Shown: piece after piece, positions 37,425 through 46,381 of the stretch | Layout of the letters: each line of letters starts with the position of its first letter | Position numbering within the stretch: the stretch's first letter is position 1 | Virus record (IMG/VR): IMGVR_UViG_3300036770_007283 | Length of the DNA stretch: 64,000 nucleotides | Source of the DNA: a virus | Taxonomy: Duplodnaviria; Caudoviricetes | Reading direction: 5' to 3' (one strand) | Made by a program: the position numbers and the translations under genes | Notes under the pieces: model-generated | Databases searched by the model: none | What the model saw: the letters and a program-made list of their open reading frames with translations, nothing else | What the model was told of the DNA's origin: nothing

Positions 37425-39282
37425 TTTTTCTTTTCCTTTGTTTTCTTCTTTTTTGTGATATTGCAGACTTCTTCTCTTTGGCCGTCATTTCTTTGGTAGT
37501 CTGTGGTGTTTTCTTATTAACTCTTTTAGAGGGCCTACACTTAGGATACTTGCCAGGTTTAGCATCAGATCGACCACAGGGAGCATATTTACCAGATTTA
37601 TCCTTTCTAGAAATATCAACCCACTTTTCTTTAAACCAGCGGCCTAATCCACTATCCTTATAAACTGCAGTTTTTAAGAAATCATCTGATAGATATTCGC
37701 TCCATCTTTCTAAGAAGTAATCTATTGGGTTGTGAATCTTTGATGCTTTCTTGTGATGGTGACCATGATTCATATAATCTAGAACGTGACCAATATCACT
37801 TACCATATCAGATATTAATGATTCTACCCACTCTGGAACTTCTTCTTCTTTGAGGGCATTCATTATATCTAATAGCATTCCAGAAGATTCTATAAGTTCT
37901 GAAAGTTGTGATAGATACATTTCATCGTTAGATTCATTTCTATGCTTCATGTAGTCAATCACATGAGACATATCTCTAGCCACTTGTGAAATAAGCGACT
38001 CTACCCATTCTGGTATTTCATTTTCGCTAAGTGTTTCTAGGTTATCATAAAGCTCTTCAGAAGACTGTTGCAAATTAGATAACTGTCCTAAAAACATTCT
38101 ATCTTCTGCTTTGTTACGCTTCTTTTTAACCTTTGATTTTCGCCATTTACCGCCTCTTTCCTTATACCATCGGCTTGCCCACGCATTGCTGTTGCCAGTG
38201 ATTGTTACAGTATGCCCTTGCTTCATAACCCAAGTACCATATTCAGTCTCTGGGCACCAAACATCTCTAAGTCCTTCCACCTCACTCTTCTCTAATTTAC
38301 TACATAAAATAATCCTTCTAGATTTTATGTGGAGAGGCTTACAACTACTGCCCTTAATAATATCGCCCTCAGAAACCATATGTCCAGTTAAAAATCCAGC
38401 AAGCCTAACCGCTTCTAGGTTTGATAAATCTTTTTGACTAAATCCATAACTACAAGAATATTCTGAGTCGTTAGTTTGCCAACCATCACACATTATTGCG
38501 GAATATAAAAATGATTCAAGCTGGCTGTAAGACATAGATAGGACCATCTTTACAGGATCTGTTTTGTATTTTATATATCTATCCAAAGATGAATTTTCAT
38601 ATTTTTCATCAAGCTTCGCAGATACAACCAAGAATCCATTTCCGTTTGGCAAACTTTCAACTTCACGAAGTTTGGGCATGTCAGATTTTATATTTAGCAA
38701 AAATTCTTTTAGATTTAAATCACCATATTTTTCAGACCAGTGCTGTATTGATGGAAATATTTCTCTTGCTTTATTGTATGTTAAAATTCCAGACTTTACA
38801 TTTGAAATTATTGTATGCTTTTCTTTAGAATCTTTTATAAAAGATTCTCTTTTTTCAAACCAACTTCTAGAATATCCTAGAACTTTTTTATGATTAGGTG
38901 TGCATTCTACAGAATAAAGAAGTCCCGGAGATTCAATTTTTATAACCTTTTGACTTTTAAATCTATGCAATGATTTTACTGGTGAATATTTTAAAGAATC
39001 ACTCAAAATATCATAGCATAAAATTTCATCACTAATATTTAATTCACCTGCCCATTTCCACCCATCCCGAGTTAATGCCTGTGAATTATCTTCAGGAACA
39101 CAATAAGCGCTGGGATATACGTCAAATTTGGCCTTTGCCGCCGCTTTTGCCCGACTCCATAAGGCTTTGTTTGTTGGTACGTTTTTAGATTTGGCAATTG
39201 TGATTATAGTATCTTCAAATAAGTCTAAGTTATTTGAATCATAATTAATACTGGCTAATTTTAATAATCTTTCTTTTGACAT
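37372..39282 (-). CDS. Multi-motif basic phage protein (DUF5872-like N-domain, two ~58-aa PEWVES repeats, GLGRWFKEKW domain) interrupted by an intein
   Basis: The spliced junction gives NKALWSRAKAAAKAKFDVYPSAY-SNAWASRWYKERGGKW. The start was moved to ATG 39282 (MSKERLLKLAS). Confidence 0.8.
   Translation of the reverse strand: MSKERLLKLASINYDSNNLDLFEDTIITIAKSKNVPTNKALWSRAKAAAKAKFDVYPSAYCVPEDNSQALTRDGWKWAGELNISDEILCYDILSDSLKYSPVKSLHRFKSQKVIKIESPGLLYSVECTPNHKKVLGYSRSWFEKRESFIKDSKEKHTIISNVKSGILTYNKAREIFPSIQHWSEKYGDLNLKEFLLNIKSDMPKLREVESLPNGNGFLVVSAKLDEKYENSSLDRYIKYKTDPVKMVLSMSYSQLESFLYSAIMCDGWQTNDSEYSCSYGFSQKDLSNLEAVRLAGFLTGHMVSEGDIIKGSSCKPLHIKSRRIILCSKLEKSEVEGLRDVWCPETEYGTWVMKQGHTVTITGNSNAWASRWYKERGGKWRKSKVKKKRNKAEDRMFLGQLSNLQQSSEELYDNLETLSENEIPEWVESLISQVARDMSHVIDYMKHRNESNDEMYLSQLSELIESSGMLLDIMNALKEEEVPEWVESLISDMVSDIGHVLDYMNHGHHHKKASKIHNPIDYFLERWSEYLSDDFLKTAVYKDSGLGRWFKEKWVDISRKDKSGKYAPCGRSDAKPGKYPKCRPSKRVNKKTPQTTKEMTAKEKKSAISQKRRKQRKRKSEGKGRKPIRDSHSKRD
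38191..39102 (-). mobile_element. 304-aa intein with a degenerate LAGLIDADG-type endonuclease
   Basis: Starts CVPEDNSQALT; block B CTPNH; AIMCDGW and FSQKD endonuclease blocks; block F DVWCPET; ends TITGN|S. Confidence 0.88.
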
Positions 39283-39365
39283 GAAGAACCCGGTATCCAT
39301 AAATTATTTGTTGCATTGCCAAAACAAAACATATCAATTATCAGCCGATGCTTTAGCATATAAAA

Positions 39366-40370
39366 TTACACATTAGCAGAATGAACAGTTACATGGTAAT
39401 GTGGTCCAGAGGTCCATGTTTCATCAATTATACTTATATTAAATCTTCCACCATCTCGTATGGCGTGCAAGACTGGCAAAATCTTATCGGTATTCCATCT
39501 AATATCTAAAGCTTGTCCTGGCTCTTTGGTATGTGAGCTGCCAACAATCTCTTTTAGGTAATTAAAAAGTTCTTCGATGCAGCCCTTTCTATCCTCACCT
39601 TCTTCACCAATTTTATATTTAGCAATTATAGAGGAATATTTAGCGCCATTAGTAGTTCCATATAAACTGATTAAGTACTGGTCACCACCATTTTTACCAC
39701 CGTTAGACTTCCAATTATCAATGATAACTCTAGCCTGAGAACGCTTGCTTCTGTATCCGCTAGTTATAACCGGTCTTTCGGCACCCATTACCTGTGCTAC
39801 ACGACCCAACTCATTAATAAACTTTCTTGTATCAGGTGTGATATTTTCAATATCAACATTCTGCTTGACCTTTACTAAGTTATTTGCAATAGCATCTATT
39901 AATTCAATAGATTCATCGGGTCTGGTGCTAGCTGGTTCCACCATGCTATCTGGTGTGGATTCTGGCAAGGGTTGACTGACTGTGCCTTTATCTTTGCCAT
40001 ATTCTTTAACCAAGGTCATTACAGAACCTAGCCCAGTATTCATTAGCTTTTTATATCCAGAATTATCTGGACCCATCTTAAAACCAACGCGTTGAATATT
40101 ATCATCTTTTAAGTCGGTAACAACTTCAAAGTAATCACCACCACCATGAGAGGGATCACCTTTTCCTGGTGGGATATATTTATAAGTATATTTATTATCC
40201 CCTGGCAAAGTGATAGGACCAAGTTCTGAAGGTTGCTCCGATTGTCCTTCAGAATTATCTGTGGGTAAAGATTGATTAGCCAAAGAAATTAGTTTGCTAA
40301 TTCTAAGGGCTGAATCTTTTTCTGAAAGCCAGGATAAGCTTTTTTGTAATCTAACAAGACTTCCTATCAT
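39366..40370 (-). CDS. Virion-type protein with a C-terminal M15-like (Hedgehog/DD-peptidase fold) wall hydrolase
   Basis: PVITSGYRS, SSH...GQALDIR, DE...GPHYHV; N-terminal leader helix. Confidence 0.7.
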   Translation of the reverse strand: MIGSLVRLQKSLSWLSEKDSALRISKLISLANQSLPTDNSEGQSEQPSELGPITLPGDNKYTYKYIPPGKGDPSHGGGDYFEVVTDLKDDNIQRVGFKMGPDNSGYKKLMNTGLGSVMTLVKEYGKDKGTVSQPLPESTPDSMVEPASTRPDESIELIDAIANNLVKVKQNVDIENITPDTRKFINELGRVAQVMGAERPVITSGYRSKRSQARVIIDNWKSNGGKNGGDQYLISLYGTTNGAKYSSIIAKYKIGEEGEDRKGCIEELFNYLKEIVGSSHTKEPGQALDIRWNTDKILPVLHAIRDGGRFNISIIDETWTSGPHYHVTVHSANV

Positions 40371-40373
40371 TTA

Positions 40374-41021
40374 TCACCAATTTGGTGGGTATCTACAAGC
40401 CCAATAACCTGCTGTAGTTCTATCTTTTTTAAGGTGGCATTTGTGCCTGGCTCTAAAAGATTTCCTTGCTTTAGGGCTACTTGGCTTTGCTCTAAGGGTG
40501 GCGTCACCAAACGAAATTCTTTTCACCCTATCTCCATCCTTAACAAAGACAACATATTGCTTTTTGCCATAGCCCGGCTCGCCCTTTCTTAAGTTTCTAG
40601 GTTTGCCTAATTGAACTTTTCGACCTTTATATTCGGCAGCAGATTTGATAATCCTTTCTTCTTCTTCCATAGCCATAGGAAAGTCCAAGGGAACTAATTC
40701 ACCATTCCATTCCGCAAATTCTCCTAAATTTCCTTCTAACATCCATTCTGAGTCAGAAGATACAACCAATTTTCCAGCGGTATGTAAGCTTCTAGCTTCT
40801 TTTAATAGCTCAAAGTAGGCTTCTGAAAACTTTCTATAAACTGGCTGAGTTAGTGGAATGTTATTTTCAATGTGATATCTTAAGCCATCAGAAATATCTT
40901 GATTGCCAACCAAAATTGGACCAAGCAAACCTTCTTCTAGGACATCTTTGATTTGCGCAATTTTGTCTTGTTGACCAACCTTTTGCAAGGTTTCAATAAG
41001 GGCACCTAACTTTTTCTCCAT
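40374..41021 (-). CDS. Conserved phage protein with a basic C-terminal Cys/His motif
   Basis: AEYKGRKVQLGKP...YVVFVKDG..VKRISFGD...ARKSFRARHKC...AGYWAC, a motif I recognise from many large phages. Confidence 0.7.
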   Translation of the reverse strand: MEKKLGALIETLQKVGQQDKIAQIKDVLEEGLLGPILVGNQDISDGLRYHIENNIPLTQPVYRKFSEAYFELLKEARSLHTAGKLVVSSDSEWMLEGNLGEFAEWNGELVPLDFPMAMEEEERIIKSAAEYKGRKVQLGKPRNLRKGEPGYGKKQYVVFVKDGDRVKRISFGDATLRAKPSSPKARKSFRARHKCHLKKDRTTAGYWACRYPPNW

Positions 41022-41059
41022 AATTAACCTCTCACAGTAAAAGAGATTAATTAGTAAAA

Positions 41060-41254
41060 TTATTCATCTTCATGAATTTCTGTCAAAAGATTGACTAATA
41101 ATTTTAACTCTTTGATTAAAGCTAATATGGCTAATTCTTCTGTCTCACCTTCCGCAGTCAAAATAGAAGATGTGGCCACCCATTTCTTTTTCTTTTTTTG
41201 AATGACTGAAACTTTTACATTAGCCTTCATGTCATCAAAGAAAATCTCTCTCAT
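41060..41254 (-). CDS. Small hypothetical protein with a hairpin-sequestered RBS
   Basis: ATG 41254 lies 5 nt after GGGGG. Confidence 0.55.
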   Translation of the reverse strand: MREIFFDDMKANVKVSVIQKKKKKWVATSSILTAEGETEELAILALIKELKLLVNLLTEIHEDE

Positions 41255-41259
41255 GAGAA

Positions 41260-41304
41260 CCCCCAAATAAAGCTAGGCAGACTATTAGCAGCTTTATTTG
41301 GGGG
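41260..41304 (-). promoter_or_regulatory. 15-bp RBS-sequestering hairpin containing CTGCTAATA
   Basis: CCCCCAAATAAAGCT/AGCTTTATTTGGGGG; the 3' arm is the SD; the 9-mer is at 41283-41291. Confidence 0.7.
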
Positions 41305-41317
41305 CCTGTTATTTGAA

Positions 41318-41821
41318 TTATTTTCTTGGGCCTAAAATCATAAAGATATGATCGCCCATATATTTAGGTGGTGATTCTAACTCAGCCACATCTTGAAGAT
41401 CATTGAAGATTTTTTCGCAACGTGTGATGATCAAATTAGAATGGCTGGCTTGCCGACCCAAAAAGCGAATAGAAAATTTAACACGATTTCCATCTGTTAG
41501 AAATTCTCTAGCCTGCTTTGTTTTTAACTCTACATAACTATCATCGGTCTGAAAATTAAATTTAATTTCTTTATTCTTGATAGTAGGTGTAGTGTTATTT
41601 TTTGACTTCTTCTTTAAGGCATATAGATACTTTCCATAGTCCATCAACTTACAGGTGGGCTTCTGTCCCTCGCTTACCATTACTAAATCTAGCCCAATTT
41701 CTTCGGCCATCTTTAGAGCATCTGAGCGGTGGAATTCACCGCGAAGATTTCCATCCTGATCAATTAGGATGAGTCTGTTGGCTCGAATTTCATCATTTAC
41801 AGGTAAACCTTCTGACTTCAA
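41318..41821 (-). CDS. infC: Translation initiation factor IF-3
   Basis: VNDEIRA..LILID, LDLVMVS, CKLMDYGKYLY, KEIKF, GNRVKFSIRFLGRQ. Confidence 0.93.
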   Translation of the reverse strand: MKSEGLPVNDEIRANRLILIDQDGNLRGEFHRSDALKMAEEIGLDLVMVSEGQKPTCKLMDYGKYLYALKKKSKNNTTPTIKNKEIKFNFQTDDSYVELKTKQAREFLTDGNRVKFSIRFLGRQASHSNLIITRCEKIFNDLQDVAELESPPKYMGDHIFMILGPRK

Positions 41822-41832
41822 AATATCTTCTC

Positions 41833-42777
41833 CTATGCTAGTGTTACTTTGTCTTGGTGTGTTTTGTAATATTTGAAAAGGGCCAATTCCTTTTCTTTTG
41901 CTTCAATCATAATATCGACATCAAAACCGTGGGTGTTGATGTATTTGTAAACATAATCAGAATGTGCTTGCGGTTTAATGGTGGGATCTCCCTGTTCAGC
42001 AGACCGGGACTCGGAATAGTGAACTACTGGCTTGATACCATTCCAAGTAGAATAAGCCAAAGCCAAAGCTTCACTTTCTGTCTGGCCACCATCACAAAAA
42101 GTATGATGGTGGTAATCAAAAACAATAGGAATTCCAATTTCTTGATAAATATATTTGTACAATTCTTGTGTAGAATAAAGGGATGCTTTATCATCATTTT
42201 CTACAGTCAGTCTGCTTCTAACAGAACTTGATAAGTTTTTAAAATTCTTGATGAAGTTTTTGCAAGCTTTGGGCTTATCATCATATGCTGCACCAACATG
42301 AATATTGATTTTGGCATAGGGTGACTGTGGAAGTTGCAAAAGATCAAAAAACTCACCATGAATTTCCAAATCCCTTGCGGTGTTTTTAATAACCGTAGGA
42401 TCTTCGGAAGGTAGTTTGTTAAAGGGTCCGGGGTGTGAGGTAAGCCTTTGGCCGACTTTTTTTGCATAAGCACCAGTTAGTTCAAGCGATTCTCGAATGG
42501 CTCGATAATCTGGCAATGATGCGATATCATAATCTGACGCCCAAGGGAACAAATCAGAGCTAATTCTAAAGAATTTTATACCTTGTTTTTCATTCCATTG
42601 CACAATTTTATTTAAGTCTTTGCAGTTTTCAAGTGCTAATTGTGATGCGTAAACCTTTCCTTTGCTTGCAAAGGTTTTCTTAATCATAGACCGGTTAGTA
42701 GTAATTCTGGAGCTTTTGGGAAGTGAGTCTAGAGTCATATTAATACAAGCATATCCTAGAGCCATATATTCCTCCAT
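41833..42777 (-). CDS. uvsE: UV damage endonuclease
   Basis: LGYACIN, FFRISSDLFP, RLTSHPGPF, LTVENDD, FDYHHH, HYSESR, IEAKEKELA. Confidence 0.93.
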   Translation of the reverse strand: MEEYMALGYACINMTLDSLPKSSRITTNRSMIKKTFASKGKVYASQLALENCKDLNKIVQWNEKQGIKFFRISSDLFPWASDYDIASLPDYRAIRESLELTGAYAKKVGQRLTSHPGPFNKLPSEDPTVIKNTARDLEIHGEFFDLLQLPQSPYAKINIHVGAAYDDKPKACKNFIKNFKNLSSSVRSRLTVENDDKASLYSTQELYKYIYQEIGIPIVFDYHHHTFCDGGQTESEALALAYSTWNGIKPVVHYSESRSAEQGDPTIKPQAHSDYVYKYINTHGFDVDIMIEAKEKELALFKYYKTHQDKVTLA

Positions 42778-42795
42778 TCAATTTTGAATAAAATC

Positions 42796-43497
42796 TTACC
42801 TGATTGATTGTAGCCACCGATATGTTACACCTAAGTTTACTTGAGTATCTCCTTCATTTATATATTCTATTTTTAGTGAGAAACCTTCCTCTATAAAGTG
42901 TCTATTTATTTCAAAATAGGACTGGCCATAATTAGCTGGCATTACAGGAACTTCAGATAAAAACTGATGAATGGTGGCACCAGTTTCCGTATTGATAACA
43001 GACAAGCTGATCTTATCACCGACATTAGAATTGCTAGTCCAATAATAAATACCCTCAATATAAATTGAAGCATCAAGTACAAGCTCATGCGAAGTTGTGC
43101 CACTATTGCAATAATATAAATTGCCAACTAATTTTGACTCAAAAAGTTCACCGTTATCAAATTCTTCTCTAACCGGTAATATGTCTGATTTAAAGTTTGT
43201 TTCAAAATCTATTTGGTCTTCAGACTTTGGCTTTACCATAGGAACAACTACGGTCCTCAATACATTTCCGTCAAGTGCTACTACTTTATAGAAAGACCTC
43301 TCATCCTGGTAACTTATAATTCCCGCATCTTCATAGATGGAATCCATATAACCGTTACCAAAGTTACCCCAAACATATCTCAGGGTGGCGTATTGACCAT
43401 TTATCCATTTTTTAAATTCGGACCATCCCTTGTTATGATCTATTATAACCGAGCCGTCACGAATCGTAAGTGAATCAATCATAATCCCTCCGACCAA
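42796..43497 (-). CDS. Putative virion structural protein
   Basis: Downstream of the repeat-rich structural gene; beta-rich composition. Confidence 0.5.
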   Translation of the reverse strand: MVGGIMIDSLTIRDGSVIIDHNKGWSEFKKWINGQYATLRYVWGNFGNGYMDSIYEDAGIISYQDERSFYKVVALDGNVLRTVVVPMVKPKSEDQIDFETNFKSDILPVREEFDNGELFESKLVGNLYYCNSGTTSHELVLDASIYIEGIYYWTSNSNVGDKISLSVINTETGATIHQFLSEVPVMPANYGQSYFEINRHFIEEGFSLKIEYINEGDTQVNLGVTYRWLQSIR

Positions 43498-45071
43498 TCA
43501 AAATTGCAAGTTGCTACGCTATTGTTATTGGCAGGTGTTACATAAGCAACTAATACTAACGGTCCTGTTAAAGTAACTGAAACTTGATAAGTTCTGGTAA
43601 GCGAGTTACCTTGCGCAGCATTTAAAAAGTCGCTAACAACTACAAATGGACTGTTTGGATCAGTAGGGTTTCTAGACCTAATCACTGTAACACTTGATCC
43701 ACCACCCGCTGCCGCAATAATACCTGCAACTACTGAATACCCTCTAATTCCTACGCCAGAAGGAACATAGTGATGACAGTAAAATGTTTGATTATCTCCA
43801 ATGCCAGTAGCCACAGCACCCGTTCCAATTGCAGCAAATATAACGCCAGTGGCATTGATTCCTGTATATAAGTTTAAAGTTCCTACATTAGACCCGTTAC
43901 TACCAACAGATATAACATCCATTCTTTCTATAAAGCAGATATTTGTAGCTACTGTGTTTACTGCCGTCGTACCGTTTAAAGTTACTGTTTCGTAAAATGG
44001 TCCAGCACAGGTTTGGTCATAATAAGTTATTCTTACTGTTCTGGCTCCAGTTCCAAGCGCCGTATCGGATGCGGAGGTACTAACCAAGCTTCTTTGAGCA
44101 TTTGTAGTCTGCTCAACATATGTAGTTTGTCTTACCGGAACGAAAACGTTGGCTGATAAGTTAGATGCTCTTCCGATGGAAGAACCAGCTGTATCTGTAG
44201 CTGGAACAACTGTTGTTGGAATAGGAACTTGGTTTGGTGAAATATAAACAACCAAAGCTTTGTCTGTAACAGAACCTACAGTAGATGCTGGCAAAACTCT
44301 TGCCGGACCATTTGTACCATCAGATATTTGTGTAAAAATAGACCTAGCAGAAGCATCGCCTGTTGGCAGAAAGTTTGTTCCATCCGTTACTTGTACAGGC
44401 CAACGATTTGCTGCTGTGTTTGGAGAGCCCTGTGCAGCAGTAGCATTTAAATTTGCAGCAGTAGGTTGAACTGCTGTAACTGTACCAATCGAATTGGTTC
44501 CGGTTGGCAAGGGCGAATTAGGCGATAAGCCAACGACAATAGACGTATCTGTTGCTTGTGCGGCGGTAGATGCAGCCTTTATTGTTACATTGTTAGTCCC
44601 ATCAGTGGGTTTTACAAATATAGCCCTAGTTTTATCATCACCTGTTGGTAGAGTGTTTGTACCGTCCGTAACCTCCACAGACCAAGCGTTGGCTAAGGCA
44701 GCAGGTGTTCCTTGATTTGCTGTAACGGTTCCATCTACAGTTAGGGAACTTCCACCATCAGAAACTGGTTGCGCAGTAGTTCCGGTAGGATCTATCCTAA
44801 TTGGATTAGCTGCATCCCCTAGATCGACTGTATCCCCAGGGTTTCTTATTTGAACTTTACCAATAAGATTGGAACCATCTGGTAAAGGCGAGTTTGGTGA
44901 TAGCCCTACGACCAGCGCACTATCCGTAGCCTGGGCCGCTGTTGAAGGACTAGTCACTATCGCAGTATCTACACCATCTGTAACCTTAACAGGCCAAGCA
45001 TCTGATGATGACGCTGGATTGCCTTGATCTGCAAGGCCAGAGCTTGATTGTGTTGGAATTATTCTTGACAT
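43479..45071 (-). CDS. Thr/Ala/Gly-rich virion (fibre/spike-like) protein with three internal repeats
   Basis: W(P/S)VxVTDG...ST(AAQ/VGS)xTDxxxVVxxSPN repeated three times. Confidence 0.65.
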   Translation of the reverse strand: MSRIIPTQSSSGLADQGNPASSSDAWPVKVTDGVDTAIVTSPSTAAQATDSALVVGLSPNSPLPDGSNLIGKVQIRNPGDTVDLGDAANPIRIDPTGTTAQPVSDGGSSLTVDGTVTANQGTPAALANAWSVEVTDGTNTLPTGDDKTRAIFVKPTDGTNNVTIKAASTAAQATDTSIVVGLSPNSPLPTGTNSIGTVTAVQPTAANLNATAAQGSPNTAANRWPVQVTDGTNFLPTGDASARSIFTQISDGTNGPARVLPASTVGSVTDKALVVYISPNQVPIPTTVVPATDTAGSSIGRASNLSANVFVPVRQTTYVEQTTNAQRSLVSTSASDTALGTGARTVRITYYDQTCAGPFYETVTLNGTTAVNTVATNICFIERMDVISVGSNGSNVGTLNLYTGINATGVIFAAIGTGAVATGIGDNQTFYCHHYVPSGVGIRGYSVVAGIIAAAGGGSSVTVIRSRNPTDPNSPFVVVSDFLNAAQGNSLTRTYQVSVTLTGPLVLVAYVTPANNNSVATCNFDWSEGL

Positions 45072-45099
45072 TATATATTCTCTCTAGAGATATGTGTCT

Positions 45100-45108
45100 T
45101 ATTAGCAG
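45100..45108 (-). promoter_or_regulatory. Candidate late promoter CTGCTAATA
   Basis: About 30 nt upstream of the structural gene start. Confidence 0.5.
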
Positions 45109-45158
45109 ACAAAATAATTTGTTCTATATTTCTTTTGCATAACTTTGTGGTAATTTTA

Positions 45159-45341
45159 TTATGTAATAACCCAGCACCAATGAATTGCAACAAAATCTTG
45201 TACCAATTCATCATTATCCAAATTACAAACATCTTGATATAGATTTTTCATATGCTTTATTATCTGTTCCTCTGTAATATCAATCGTACAATGACCACCT
45301 GTATAATGTGGCTCTACAAACCTATAAGTTTTCATCATCAC
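45159..45341 (-). CDS. Hypothetical protein
   Basis: Short ORF in an operon. Confidence 0.5.
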   Translation of the reverse strand: MMMKTYRFVEPHYTGGHCTIDITEEQIIKHMKNLYQDVCNLDNDELVQDFVAIHWCWVIT

Positions 45342-45567
45342 CTTCCGGTATGGGCGTCGTTAGTGTGTTGAGTATCATATCATAGTTACAATTTGCACTC
45401 ACACAATAAATAGATAAAGAGTCTGGTGGATAATATAAGTCCCTATAAAATGGCGAATGATTATTAGTCATTGCACCATTCCTAATGGCTCTAGATGTCA
45501 TCATTGCTGCAGCTACCCTACCACCACACCAAGGGCAAATAGGATAATCTCTACGTTTTGTTTTCAT
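45322..45567 (-). CDS. Small zinc-ribbon hypothetical protein
   Basis: CPWC...C(VSAN)C. Confidence 0.5.
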   Translation of the reverse strand: MKTKRRDYPICPWCGGRVAAAMMTSRAIRNGAMTNNHSPFYRDLYYPPDSLSIYCVSANCNYDMILNTLTTPIPEGDDENL

Positions 45568-45937
45568 CTTTTACCTTTGAGACTGTAAACCCAGATCTAT
45601 CACCAAACTCATCCCAGATCTCTGTTTCGTGAAGATAAACTGCATCACCTTCTTTCAAGGTGAGCCTCCTCACTAATTCATCTGGAATTGGTAAGAAAAA
45701 CTTACCATCATCTAGTTGAACTATTTTAGTCTGTTTTTCTATTTGTTTTTTATTTTCATCTTGCAAATCAAAGGCACCACAATTACAAGCGTGCCAGTCC
45801 CTATGCCAAGGACAGTTTGGTGGATGTTCTTCATACTTTTTCATTTGGCATCCTACAGAACAATACCGCATCCAGGAATCTGTATAGGTCTGAAACTCCC
45901 TTCCACATTCTGCACAATTTAGCTTGATTGCTGCCAT
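45551..45937 (-). CDS. Cys-rich N-terminus plus AbrB/MazE-like DNA-binding domain
   Basis: CAECG...CSVGC; KIVQLDDGKFFLPIPDELVRRLTLKEGDAV. Confidence 0.6.
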   Translation of the reverse strand: MAAIKLNCAECGREFQTYTDSWMRYCSVGCQMKKYEEHPPNCPWHRDWHACNCGAFDLQDENKKQIEKQTKIVQLDDGKFFLPIPDELVRRLTLKEGDAVYLHETEIWDEFGDRSGFTVSKVKDENKT

Positions 45938-45940
45938 TAT

Positions 45941-46381
45941 TTATGCTCCTATTGGCCTTAAGGTATCTGGACTTAATTCCTTGTCCTCTACATCAACTAC
46001 GACTAGCGTACCATAAGTATCAGGCTTCATACCAAAGTTATTAAATTTGGAAATAATATTTTTGGCATAATTACCTTTACCATTTATCAATGGCCACTCA
46101 AAAGGAAGCGAAGAATACCTTCTCCAGAAAAAATCTAGACCGGAATACTCTGGCTTTCCATCCCAGGCGAAAATTAAACCAAAGGTATGAAAATTAGAAT
46201 CAATCTGGCTATCTGGATAATATCGACACCATTTTGCTGGCAAATCAGAATATCTTTTTTCAAAATAAGCCTGTGGTGGTAGAAAACCAGAATTATATGG
46301 ATCCAAAATAGACTTATCTTTTGGAATCATAATTATTTTACTTATCATAAAAATATAGTCCCTCAAGATATTTGGCAGCAT
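45941..46381 (-). CDS. Hypothetical protein
   Basis: ORF in an operon. Confidence 0.5.
   Translation of the reverse strand: MLPNILRDYIFMISKIIMIPKDKSILDPYNSGFLPPQAYFEKRYSDLPAKWCRYYPDSQIDSNFHTFGLIFAWDGKPEYSGLDFFWRRYSSLPFEWPLINGKGNYAKNIISKFNNFGMKPDTYGTLVVVDVEDKELSPDTLRPIGA

Noticed and set aside
45551-45937. Toxin-antitoxin pair around the AbrB/MazE-like gene
   Set aside because: No recognisable MazF, VapC or other toxin is adjacent.
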